Shown here: positions 40,539 through 49,254 of the stretch, piece by piece
How the letters are laid out: every line of letters begins with the position of its first letter
Numbering within the stretch: position 1 is the stretch's first letter
Source of the DNA: a virus
Lineage: Duplodnaviria > Caudoviricetes
DNA length: 64,000 bases
IMG/VR virus record: IMGVR_UViG_3300022305_000326
Location: 36,741 to 100,740 of that record
Direction: 5' to 3' (one strand)
Position numbers and translations under genes: made by a program
Notes under the pieces: generated by a model
Database searches by the model: none
Seen by the model: only the letters and a program-made list of their open reading frames with translations
What the model was told of the DNA's origin: nothing

Positions 40539-41237
40539 ATGAACAAAAAATTATACACTGTTGGCGACATTCATAGCTCAAACTCTGCGGAGTTGGAGAA
40601 AATCTTCCGTGCGGTTCGTCTCGATGACGCCAAGATCATTCTGCTTGGTGATCTTGTTGATCGTGGGACTGAACTCAAAACTGTGATGCAGATGATTTCC
40701 GAGAATCGTGATATCATCGAAGGTATCACTGTGGGTAACCACGACCACAAAATTTACCGTCATTACATGGGCAATAGGGTCAATCTTGGCCGTGCCGCTG
40801 GTATGACCGTAAAGGAAATGGACGAAGATAACGATACGAAAGAGCGGTTCATTTCGATGATCGAAGAATATGGTTATCTCTGGATGCGTCACGAAAAACA
40901 TATCTTTGTGCATGGTGCTATCAGGTCATTCTTTTATGAAGAAGAACCTGTAAAATATGTTGATCTTATTGCACGTAAAACAGTCCGTCAGCACACTGAA
41001 TATGATTGTGTATTCTACGGTTTCACTGACGGAAAGTATGATGATGGCGGCAAGCCCGTTCGTGATATGCAATGGATCAATGAAGTCAAGGCTGATTGGA
41101 CCGTATGGAAAGGTCATGACGTTCTGTCAACATTTACGGAGATTAACCATGTCAATTCTATTGGCGGTCGCGTTGTTTTTATGGATACTGGTGGTGGCTT
41201 TACTTATGGTAGGCTGACTGCCAAAGAGGTTATTTAA
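40539..41237 (+). CDS. Calcineurin-like metallophosphoesterase
   Basis: GDIH, GDLVDRG, GNHD, VHG, GH, DTGG. Confidence 0.9.
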   Translation: MNKKLYTVGDIHSSNSAELEKIFRAVRLDDAKIILLGDLVDRGTELKTVMQMISENRDIIEGITVGNHDHKIYRHYMGNRVNLGRAAGMTVKEMDEDNDTKERFISMIEEYGYLWMRHEKHIFVHGAIRSFFYEEEPVKYVDLIARKTVRQHTEYDCVFYGFTDGKYDDGGKPVRDMQWINEVKADWTVWKGHDVLSTFTEINHVNSIGGRVVFMDTGGGFTYGRLTAKEVI

Positions 41238-41247
41238 GGATATAATT

Positions 41248-42486
41248 ATGAGTAACATTGAATTTTTTGAAACGAACGGGAAGCCAATCAAGGCTTGGAC
41301 TAATGGTGTTCCTGTTGAAGAAGATGCTAAGAAACAGCTAAAACTGATTTCTGGCCTACCTTTTATTTTTAAGCATATTGCGGTTATGCCAGACGTTCAT
41401 CTTGGAAAGGGTGCAACTGTTGGGTCTGTTATTGCAACCAAGGGGGCCATCATTCCCGCTGCTGTGGGGGTTGACATCGGATGCGGAATGATGGCCGTCA
41501 AACTGAACATAAAGGCGAATGATCTACCGGATAATCTGGCTAATCTTCGCGGAATGATCGAAGCCAAGATTCCTCATGGTCGTACTAACAATGGCGGTGA
41601 AGGTGATAAGGGTGCAAGAAACGCATCAACCTTAGAAGGCACACGTAAGGTTGATGTTATGAATCTTAATCTTAAACTGCAAGATTTTATTAATAAGAAT
41701 GATCACCGTCATCTTATTAAACCTGCATCTAGACTGGTCAATCATATTGGTACTCTCGGTACTGGTAATCATTTCATTGAAGTCTGCCTTGATACGGAAT
41801 CAAATGTTTGGATCATGGTCCATTCTGGTTCGCGTGGTATTGGTAATGCAATTGGTACTTATTTTATCGACAAGGCTAAGGAAGAAATGGCTCGGTATTT
41901 CATTAATGTTCCAGAACAGGATTTGTCATATCTTGTACAAGGAACCAAGATTTATGATGACTATATTGAAGCAGTGAGTTGGGCACAGGATTATGCAAGA
42001 CTCAACCGTGAAATCATGATGAATGATGCAATTGAATGTATGAAGAAATTCGTGCCACATATTGCTGTAGATATCGTAGAAAGTGCAGTCAATTGTCATC
42101 ATAATTATGTTTCGATTGAAAATCATTACAATGAAAATGTTATTGTGACTCGTAAGGGTGCGGTATCGGCACAGAAGGATCAGTTGGGGATTATTCCGGG
42201 TTCTATGGGAGCAAAATCTTTCATTGTTCGTGGTAAGGGTAACAAAGAATCGTTCTGCTCATGTTCTCATGGTGCTGGCCGTAAAATGTCCAGAACTGCG
42301 GCTAAGAAAATGTTCACGATTGATGATCACATTAAGGCTACTGAAGGTGTTGAATGCCGCAAGGATGCTGATGTTATTGATGAAACCCCACAATCGTATA
42401 AGGATATTGATGCAGTTATGGCGGCACAGTCAGACCTTGTTGAAATTGTCGCAACGCTGAAGCAAATTTTGTGCATCAAAGGCTAA
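41248..42486 (+). CDS. rtcB: RNA ligase RtcB
   Basis: MPDVHLG.GATVGSV, GVDIGCG, GTLGTGNHFIE, HSGSRG, HHNY, PGSMG, SHGAGR. Confidence 0.97.
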   Translation: MSNIEFFETNGKPIKAWTNGVPVEEDAKKQLKLISGLPFIFKHIAVMPDVHLGKGATVGSVIATKGAIIPAAVGVDIGCGMMAVKLNIKANDLPDNLANLRGMIEAKIPHGRTNNGGEGDKGARNASTLEGTRKVDVMNLNLKLQDFINKNDHRHLIKPASRLVNHIGTLGTGNHFIEVCLDTESNVWIMVHSGSRGIGNAIGTYFIDKAKEEMARYFINVPEQDLSYLVQGTKIYDDYIEAVSWAQDYARLNREIMMNDAIECMKKFVPHIAVDIVESAVNCHHNYVSIENHYNENVIVTRKGAVSAQKDQLGIIPGSMGAKSFIVRGKGNKESFCSCSHGAGRKMSRTAAKKMFTIDDHIKATEGVECRKDADVIDETPQSYKDIDAVMAAQSDLVEIVATLKQILCIKG

Positions 42487-42488
42487 AA

Positions 42489-42953
42489 ATGTTTAAAAAA
42501 TATGACACTATAGTTCAAGAATTTAAGGGTGAATTTAGATGGCTGTCGAATTTTTGGCCGTGTGATATTTCATATGGCGGGTTAATTTTTCCGTCTGTCG
42601 AAAATGCATACCAAGCTTCTAAATTCTCAACAGACGAAGAAAGACTTAAATTTATACAAATATCGTCAGGTCATGCTAAACGATTGGGAAAGTCTGCAAT
42701 TTTAAGAAATAGTTGGGACCGAGAGAAGGTTGGAATAATGCGATCACTTCTTATCGAAAAATTCAGAAACGAAACCTTAAAATGTAGATTACTCGACACT
42801 AATGGTATGTTACTTGAGGAAGGAAATAACTGGAAAGATACCTTTTGGGGAGTTGATCTTAATACAGGTAAAGGGTCAAATATTTTAGGTAAACTCATTA
42901 TGGAAATTAGAGACGGTATTAACAGACGAACGGTAGTTGACAGTCCTGATTGA
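42489..42953 (+). CDS. NADAR family protein (YbiA-like)
   Basis: LSNFW, FPSVENAYQA.K, AKRLG, L.E.N.W.D.FWG, G.N.LG..IM..R. Confidence 0.9.
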   Translation: MFKKYDTIVQEFKGEFRWLSNFWPCDISYGGLIFPSVENAYQASKFSTDEERLKFIQISSGHAKRLGKSAILRNSWDREKVGIMRSLLIEKFRNETLKCRLLDTNGMLLEEGNNWKDTFWGVDLNTGKGSNILGKLIMEIRDGINRRTVVDSPD

Positions 42954-42964
42954 TGTGCTATAAT
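42937..42964 (+). promoter_or_regulatory. Sigma70-type early promoter with an inverted repeat around -10
   Basis: TTGACA-N16-TATAAT; arms at 42944-42957 and 42968-42981. Confidence 0.7.
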
Positions 42965-42987
42965 GGTCACATCAATCAGGAGATACC

Positions 42988-44082
42988 ATGTTAGAGATTT
43001 ATCTGATTCACGTTGCATGTCTGCTTCTAGGTGCAATCTCGATCACCTATGGATGGTATCGTAATAGAAATTCCTACGATGCTCATAATAATTTGGGTAT
43101 GAGCATCGGCTTGCATCTTATTGTTCAGGTTATAGTCGCATTTGTTCTCTATCTTCCAACTTTCAGTTCTATGAAAGATGTCGAGATTCTTAATGGACAG
43201 GTTACAGGAAAATTTTCGGAGAAAGTGTCTTGTAGTCATTCTTACAGTTGCAATTGCCGTACAGTATCGTCAGGTTCTGGTAAAAACAGAACAACCAGTC
43301 GAGTTTGCGATACCTGTTACGAACACAGTTATGATATCGATTGGGTGGTTAAGTCTACATTTGGTAGAAGTACAATCGACCGCATTAATCGTCAGGGTAC
43401 AGAAGAACCTCCACGCTGGACTGCGGTTTCTGTAGGGGAACCGTTTTCTTCACCGCACGTTTACGATAATTATGTTTTGGTCGATCCAGAATCTTTGTTT
43501 AGTGAACGTCAGTTTCTTGTAGTAAAATATAAAAATCTACCTGCATACCCGAAGGTCTATGATTACTATAGAGTCAACCGTGTAGTTCCGTTGTCTGGAA
43601 AATATACGACTTTTGCAGCAGATTTGAACCATAAATTGAATATGTCATTGAGAACTGTTGGGTCTAATAAGCAGGTCAATATTATTGTAGTTGTTGGTAG
43701 TAATTTAACCGATGATTATATGCGAGCAATCCGTCAGTATTGGTTTAATGGTAAGAAGAACGATGTTGTTGTTCTTATTAGCGAAGCTGACAATAAAATC
43801 GAGAATGCTTATGTATTCGGATGGGCCAAGAATTCTATTTCCGATATTGAGATTCGTAATGCTTTGATCGGATCGGACTTGACAGCCGAATCTGTGTCTG
43901 GTATAATCATCACGAACACCATGAAGTATTTCGTTCGTCGCAGCATGAAAGAGTTCGAATATCTTCTGGATCAGGCAGTTGTACCTTTGTGGGCAGTTGT
44001 AGTATCATTGCTACTGATGTTGGGAGCGCATATTTTTATGCACCTTAAAATTTATGAAGTACCCACTCGTCGTTTTTATTAA
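42988..44082 (+). CDS. Membrane protein with a Cys-rich periplasmic domain
   Basis: Two N-terminal and one C-terminal TM helix; CSHSYSCNC...CDTCYEH; GKKNDVV. Confidence 0.65.
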   Translation: MLEIYLIHVACLLLGAISITYGWYRNRNSYDAHNNLGMSIGLHLIVQVIVAFVLYLPTFSSMKDVEILNGQVTGKFSEKVSCSHSYSCNCRTVSSGSGKNRTTSRVCDTCYEHSYDIDWVVKSTFGRSTIDRINRQGTEEPPRWTAVSVGEPFSSPHVYDNYVLVDPESLFSERQFLVVKYKNLPAYPKVYDYYRVNRVVPLSGKYTTFAADLNHKLNMSLRTVGSNKQVNIIVVVGSNLTDDYMRAIRQYWFNGKKNDVVVLISEADNKIENAYVFGWAKNSISDIEIRNALIGSDLTAESVSGIIITNTMKYFVRRSMKEFEYLLDQAVVPLWAVVVSLLLMLGAHIFMHLKIYEVPTRRFY

Positions 44083-44094
44083 TTGGAGAATGTG

Positions 44095-44640
44095 ATGGCT
44101 AAGGCTTTGGTTGTTGTCGGTATTTTTGTAACTGGTATTATTCTTTTCATCATGGCACTCATTGGTTGGAATAATGCAGCAGTCATCACTGAAAACAGCA
44201 TCAGTGCATCGGATCAGGATCGACAGACAGTTCTTTCGAACTACACCACGAAGATTCAGGAAATGGCACAGATTCCTGCAATGTATCGGGATGATCTGAC
44301 TAAGGTTTTCAAGGATAGTATCGGCGCTCGTTATGGTGCGGATGGAAGTAAGGCACTGTTTCAGTTCATCAAGGAACAGAATCCTAATTTCGATTCTTCG
44401 ATGTATACCAAGCTGCAAACTGTCATTGATGCAGGCCGTACTGATTACACCATGAGCGAAAAGGTTCTTATCGATAAGGTACGTGTATATCGTAATGATC
44501 TTGGAATCTTCCCAAAGTCGTTTTTCCTATCATTCCTTGGATTCCCCAAGATCGATCTTGAAAAGATGAAGCCTCTGGTTGAATCTGCGACTAAAGTCAA
44601 GTTCGAAACTGGTGTTGACAGCGCGATCAAGATTCGGTAA
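44095..44640 (+). CDS. LemA-like membrane-anchored helical protein
   Basis: N-terminal TM helix, EQNP, AGR..Y, FP..F; paired with the upstream membrane gene. Confidence 0.55.
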   Translation: MAKALVVVGIFVTGIILFIMALIGWNNAAVITENSISASDQDRQTVLSNYTTKIQEMAQIPAMYRDDLTKVFKDSIGARYGADGSKALFQFIKEQNPNFDSSMYTKLQTVIDAGRTDYTMSEKVLIDKVRVYRNDLGIFPKSFFLSFLGFPKIDLEKMKPLVESATKVKFETGVDSAIKIR

Positions 44641-44646
44641 ACTTTC

Positions 44647-44680
44647 AGGGAACGGTTGTTTAGACCGTTCCCTTCTTTTT
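44647..44680 (+). terminator. Intrinsic terminator
   Basis: AGGGAACGG...CCGTTCCCT followed by a T-rich run. Confidence 0.75.
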
Positions 44681-44690
44681 GGAGATTATA

Positions 44691-45164
44691 ATGGATATTG
44701 TGACAGCACCCAACGAAGTCGTTACGCAAAATAAAATCGTATTTTTGGCCGGAACTATTGAAATGGGACATGCCGAAGAATGGCAGACTCAGTGGGCAGA
44801 ACGACATAATAATAAGAAAATTACGTTCCTGAATCCGCGTCGTAAAGAATGGGATGCTTCTTGGAAACAGTCCATCAATGAACCTAAGTTCAAACAACAG
44901 GTCGATTGGGAACTTGATGGACTAGAATACGCTAATGAGGTTTGGTTCTATCTTAAGGGTGGTTCCATGTCCCCAATCAGCCTAATGGAACTCGGATACG
45001 TTGCGGCATTTAAACTTATCAGTCCATATTCCGGAGTTTATGTTGTGTGTGATAAGAATTTTTGGCGTCGTGGTAATGTAGAAATTATCTGTGATCGCGT
45101 CAATATTCCTCTGTACGACAACGTCGAGATTTTTCATCACGATGTGGATTTACGATATGCTTAA
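44691..45164 (+). CDS. Nucleoside 2-deoxyribosyltransferase-like protein
   Basis: VFLAG.I, W, LNPRR, QVDWE, SPISLMELG. Confidence 0.85.
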   Translation: MDIVTAPNEVVTQNKIVFLAGTIEMGHAEEWQTQWAERHNNKKITFLNPRRKEWDASWKQSINEPKFKQQVDWELDGLEYANEVWFYLKGGSMSPISLMELGYVAAFKLISPYSGVYVVCDKNFWRRGNVEIICDRVNIPLYDNVEIFHHDVDLRYA

Positions 45165-45480
45165 ACTGTATATCATGGTCAGGAATGACAATATGAACAT
45201 CGGTCAACAGGCCGCACAAGCGGTTCATCTAGCAGTTGAGGCATCATCACTGAAAGATTTTTCTGAATGGAAACGGGATAGTAATACTGTCGTCCTTCTA
45301 TCAATCGATGGAGTTCGTGGTATGAGAAATCTACTTCACTGGATGAATGCTGTTAAACAAGACTACGTTACATTTAGGGAACCAGATCAAGGTAATACTG
45401 AAACTGGTTATGCAATCATTATGGATAGTGATGCACCATGGGCGCATATTAAAGAACTACGGCTGTTAGGTAATGTATAA
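45157..45480 (+). CDS. Peptidyl-tRNA hydrolase 2-like protein
   Basis: KLYIMVR.D, GQQAAQAVH, W....NTVVLL, FREPD, L.LL end. Confidence 0.75.
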   Translation: MLKLYIMVRNDNMNIGQQAAQAVHLAVEASSLKDFSEWKRDSNTVVLLSIDGVRGMRNLLHWMNAVKQDYVTFREPDQGNTETGYAIIMDSDAPWAHIKELRLLGNV

Positions 45481-45850
45481 TATTCAACATACTAAAGATC
45501 GCCTGAAATCATTCACGGAATTTCCGGTTGGATGGGAACATGATGATTCGCAGCCGGGAAATCTAAGGCATTATACTATGCTTATCGATGTTCTGGATGA
45601 TGTTAAATCATGGCAACTCAATGGTATGATTTATCATGATGGTTCTCTAGGATTATTCTTTTATAACGATAAGGACTATGTGACTATCGAAATAGTGGAT
45701 TACAAGTTTGAATTGTTCTACTATGATATTGTCACCAAGAATCATATTTTTGAAGAAGGATTGTCGCACAGAGAGTTACTTGACAGTCTACATAGACTGT
45801 GGTATAATACACACACTGGACGGATAGACTGTCCAGACACAAACTTATAA
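45473..45850 (+). CDS. Hypothetical protein
   Basis: Coupled ORF; its 3' end overlaps the next promoter. Confidence 0.5.
   Translation: MYNIQHTKDRLKSFTEFPVGWEHDDSQPGNLRHYTMLIDVLDDVKSWQLNGMIYHDGSLGLFFYNDKDYVTIEIVDYKFELFYYDIVTKNHIFEEGLSHRELLDSLHRLWYNTHTGRIDCPDTNL
45780..45808 (+). promoter_or_regulatory. Sigma70-type promoter of nadM-NUDIX
   Basis: TTGACA-N17-TATAAT with extended -10 TG. Confidence 0.8.
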
Positions 45851-45865
45851 GGGATAGACTCTATG
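45816..45865 (+). promoter_or_regulatory. Tandem GATAGAC-loop hairpin leader (copy 1)
   Basis: CTGGACG-GATAGAC-TGTCCAG, then a second GATAGAC ending 3 nt before the ATG. Confidence 0.65.
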
Positions 45866-46951
45866 AAGAAGTACAATACTGCGGTTGTCATTGGTCGTTT
45901 TTCTGGCGTGGTCCATAAGGGTCACTCTGAACTTTTCAAGGCTGCGGCTAAGCTGGCAGATAATGTTGTCATTATCGTTGGATCGTCGTTCAAGGCTCGG
46001 GATTTCAAGAATCCGATGAGCTTCGATGAACGTAAGGCTATGATTGGAATTCAGCTTGATTCGATGGAGATTGATAATCATTCCATCTATGGCGTTCCAG
46101 ACTATCTCTATGATGATGATGCATGGGTGTCGGAAGTGACCTCTGTCATCGAAAACGACAAATGTATTGATTCTTCATATAGTCGCAAGATTGCAGAGTC
46201 TAATATTATGGTGCGCGATACCGTTCTCGTTGGTTGCCATAAGGACAATTCGTCGTGGTATCTTGATCGTTTCCCTCAGTATGACTATGTTGAAATTCCA
46301 GTTTCCAACGGTAATGGAAAGGAACTCAACGCCACTGATATTCGCCATATGATCTACACCCAGCCCAATATCTATGACGCCAAGGATTTTGTGTCGTCTG
46401 AAGTGATGAATTATGTTCACCACTGGATGAATTCGACCGCGTGTTCCGATATGACCAAGAGCTATCTTATGAACCTTGACTATGCCAAGCCATATGTCAA
46501 TCTTCCATATAAACCGACATTTGTTACTACTGACGCCGTGGTTTTCTGCAAGAGTCATGTCCTCGTAGTGGTACGAAAGGCGCATCCGGGTAAGGGTCTG
46601 TTTGCACTACCGGGTGGATTCCTTAATACTAATGAACGTATCCGTGATAGTGTTATTCGTGAACTTATTGAGGAAACGCGAATTAAAGTCCCACATACCG
46701 ATCTCGTTATCAGTAAAATGAAGGAATTCGATCACCCGAATCGTTCACTTCGATATGGCCGTACAATTACTCATGCTGGTTTTATTAATCTTAAGTTTAA
46801 TGGTATTGGACTTCCGAAGGTTCGTGGTTCAGATGATGCAGAACATGCACAGTGGGTTCCGCTGACCATGCTCGACCGAATGAATGACAAGTTCTTTGAA
46901 GATCATTATTCAATCATTAAGTATTTCCAGTTTAGACAGGAGCAGGTATGA
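45863..46951 (+). CDS. nadM: Bifunctional NMN adenylyltransferase / ADP-ribose NUDIX hydrolase
   Basis: IGRF...HKGH, GS...KNP.SF.ER, KD.SS.YL..FPQ, NATDIR, Nudix box GG.....E.......RELIEET, SDDA, FEDH. Confidence 0.93.
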   Translation: MKKYNTAVVIGRFSGVVHKGHSELFKAAAKLADNVVIIVGSSFKARDFKNPMSFDERKAMIGIQLDSMEIDNHSIYGVPDYLYDDDAWVSEVTSVIENDKCIDSSYSRKIAESNIMVRDTVLVGCHKDNSSWYLDRFPQYDYVEIPVSNGNGKELNATDIRHMIYTQPNIYDAKDFVSSEVMNYVHHWMNSTACSDMTKSYLMNLDYAKPYVNLPYKPTFVTTDAVVFCKSHVLVVVRKAHPGKGLFALPGGFLNTNERIRDSVIRELIEETRIKVPHTDLVISKMKEFDHPNRSLRYGRTITHAGFINLKFNGIGLPKVRGSDDAEHAQWVPLTMLDRMNDKFFEDHYSIIKYFQFRQEQV

Positions 46952-47295
46952 TGGTTTATATTGAGATGATCCTGTCAAAGATTAAGTATTTGGATTGGAC
47001 GTTCGAATTGGATTCTAAACATACTGCATGGTCTGATACTCAAACTCGTGAAACTTCTCATATGATCCGTGTTAAGTTTAACGCACCGGATAATGACAAT
47101 CCGTCAAATACAACGGAACAATATGGTCGTTGGTGGGTTCTACCCGACAATTTTACGGAATCTGATGTTATCCGTACTGCATGGAAAGCTATTGAGTGTG
47201 CGGTAATTCATGAAGCACAGGAACAATTCACATATAAGGGCGTTCGTGTGCTTGACCCTCATCGTGACCTAACTATCGTAGTGGAGAAAATTTAA
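46948..47295 (+). CDS. Conserved phage hypothetical protein
   Basis: GRWW, RTAW.A....HEA.E.F.Y.G....DPH. Confidence 0.6.
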   Translation: MMVYIEMILSKIKYLDWTFELDSKHTAWSDTQTRETSHMIRVKFNAPDNDNPSNTTEQYGRWWVLPDNFTESDVIRTAWKAIECAVIHEAQEQFTYKGVRVLDPHRDLTIVVEKI

Positions 47296-47774
47296 TGATT
47301 GAATTATCAACGGATGTATTGTCACCGACTGAGGGTATTATTCTCCACGGCTGCAATGCTCAGGGCGGATACGGTTCCGGTGTCGCTGGCGCAATTTCGG
47401 CAAAATACCCACAGGCCGCTAAGGAATATTTCAAACTATTCAAGGAACCAGTCGATCCACAGCGATTGATCGGTAAATGTCAGTGGGTTAAGATTAACGA
47501 AAATCTTTATATTGTCAATGCTTTTACTCAGTTGACAATGGCGAAGGTTTATGGTGATCGTGTTGCCATTCCAGAAATGATTGAAAAGGTACTGGAACGG
47601 ACGATGTATGTTATGAAGAATTATGAATTTGTCGGTGATCTTCATGTCCCACGTATCGGATGTGGTCTTGGCGGACTGCGATGGGATGATGAAGTTAAAC
47701 CAATCTTCGAAGCGTTCTCTGTTAAGCTTAAAGATAATTGCAATAAGGATTTGTACGTACACTTCATCGCTTGA
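47295..47774 (+). CDS. Macrodomain (DarG/TARG1-like ADP-ribosyl hydrolase)
   Basis: HGCNAQG.YGSGVA..I...YP, VN.FTQ, PRIGCGLGGL.W. Confidence 0.88.
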   Translation: MIELSTDVLSPTEGIILHGCNAQGGYGSGVAGAISAKYPQAAKEYFKLFKEPVDPQRLIGKCQWVKINENLYIVNAFTQLTMAKVYGDRVAIPEMIEKVLERTMYVMKNYEFVGDLHVPRIGCGLGGLRWDDEVKPIFEAFSVKLKDNCNKDLYVHFIA

Positions 47775-47799
47775 CATGTGAATGTGATTGTGGTATAAT
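47771..47799 (+). promoter_or_regulatory. Sigma70-type promoter of nampt
   Basis: TTGACA-N17-TATAAT with extended -10 TG. Confidence 0.8.
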
Positions 47800-47803
47800 G
47801 TAT

Positions 47804-47856
47804 CTAGGGTGGATAGACTGCTCTAGTTTCTAAATTTATAGGAGATAGACTCAATG
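47804..47856 (+). promoter_or_regulatory. Tandem GATAGAC-loop hairpin leader (copy 2)
   Basis: CTAGGGTG-GATAGAC-TGCTCTAG, then GGA-GATAGAC-TCA-ATG. Confidence 0.65.
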
Positions 47857-49254
47857 ATTAACGATAGCGTAACTCTTGGTGGTATCAAGCCGGTTTTTGT
47901 TGCAGATGGTTATAAGTATTCGCAGGCTTATCAGTATCCTGAAGGAACTGATCTGATTTATTCTTATGGCGAATCTCGTGGTGGACCGTTCGACCAGATG
48001 CGAGTCTTTGGTACGGAACTGTATGTCCGTCGATTCCTTATGAGTAAGATCACTCGTGCTGACGTTGATAAGGCACAGAAATATGTCGAATCTTTTGGTA
48101 TGGTCTTTAACCGTAAGCTCTGGATGAAAATTGTTAATAAGTATAAGGGTTTTATCCCTGTTACGTTCTATGCCGTCCCTGATGGTACTGTCATTCCAAT
48201 TAAGATGCCGATCTACGCTATCGAAGCTAAGGATGAATTCCATAGTATTGCATCCTTTCTTGAAAGTGGTGCACTCGGAAGTATCTGGTATCCTTCGACC
48301 GTTGCTACTATTTCATGGAGAATCCGCAACGTAATTCGTGAGTTTTATAACCTCACTGGCGGTATCGATGGAATGATCCCTTTCGCCCTGAATGATTTCG
48401 GTCTTCGCGGCGCTGGCTGTCCAGAACTCGCAACTATCGGCGGAATGGCGCATCTTCTTTCGTTTGAAGGTACCGACAATATCCCTGCCTTTATTAGCGC
48501 ATGTGAACTGTTCGATGCCAAGCTCGCACCATCAGGCGTTTGTGCAAGTGAACACTCAACCATGACTTTCCTTGGTCGTGAAGGTGAATTCGCGCAGTTC
48601 GAAATGATGATCGACAAGTTCGCACACAAGGGAATCATGGCCGTTGTTTCGGATGGTTACGACTACTATAAGGCAGTAACCGAATTCTGGTGCAGTCCCC
48701 GTATCGTTGCCAAAGTCAAAGCGTCTGGTGCCAAGGTCGTTATTCGTCCAGATAGCGGTAATCCGGTCGATATTATCATGTGGACACTTGAAAAGCTTGC
48801 CGCCGCATATGGCAGCACTGTGAACGATGCTGGTTATTGGCAGATTGACGCTAGTATCGGTCTTATCTATGGAGACGGCATCAACGAAACCACTATTCGT
48901 GAAATCCTGAATGCCATGGACAAGGATGGTTGGGCTGCATCTAATATCGTATTTGGTATGGGTGGTGCACTTCTACAGGCTGTCAATCGTGACACTATGA
49001 AGTGGGCACAAAAGACTTCGTATGGATCGATTAATGGTGTCGGATTCGGTGTGTCGAAAGACCCAATTACCGATCCGGGGAAGAAGTCCAAGACTGGTCG
49101 TGTAACCACGCTGAGACTGGCTGATGGTAGCTATGCGGTCGGCGATAAGGATAATATCCCTGAAGGTGCGGTAGATATCATGCGCCCACTTTATGCATCA
49201 GGAGCTATCATGAATTTTCAGACTTTCACTCAGATGCGGGATAACGCACCATGA
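47854..49254 (+). CDS. nadV: Nicotinamide phosphoribosyltransferase
   Basis: D.YK.SQ..QYP, ESRG, WYPSTVAT, DFG.RG, ASEHS, VSDGYD, IRPDSG, GDGI, FGMGGALLQ..NRDT, KDP.TD.GKKS. Confidence 0.95.
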   Translation: MINDSVTLGGIKPVFVADGYKYSQAYQYPEGTDLIYSYGESRGGPFDQMRVFGTELYVRRFLMSKITRADVDKAQKYVESFGMVFNRKLWMKIVNKYKGFIPVTFYAVPDGTVIPIKMPIYAIEAKDEFHSIASFLESGALGSIWYPSTVATISWRIRNVIREFYNLTGGIDGMIPFALNDFGLRGAGCPELATIGGMAHLLSFEGTDNIPAFISACELFDAKLAPSGVCASEHSTMTFLGREGEFAQFEMMIDKFAHKGIMAVVSDGYDYYKAVTEFWCSPRIVAKVKASGAKVVIRPDSGNPVDIIMWTLEKLAAAYGSTVNDAGYWQIDASIGLIYGDGINETTIREILNAMDKDGWAASNIVFGMGGALLQAVNRDTMKWAQKTSYGSINGVGFGVSKDPITDPGKKSKTGRVTTLRLADGSYAVGDKDNIPEGAVDIMRPLYASGAIMNFQTFTQMRDNAP

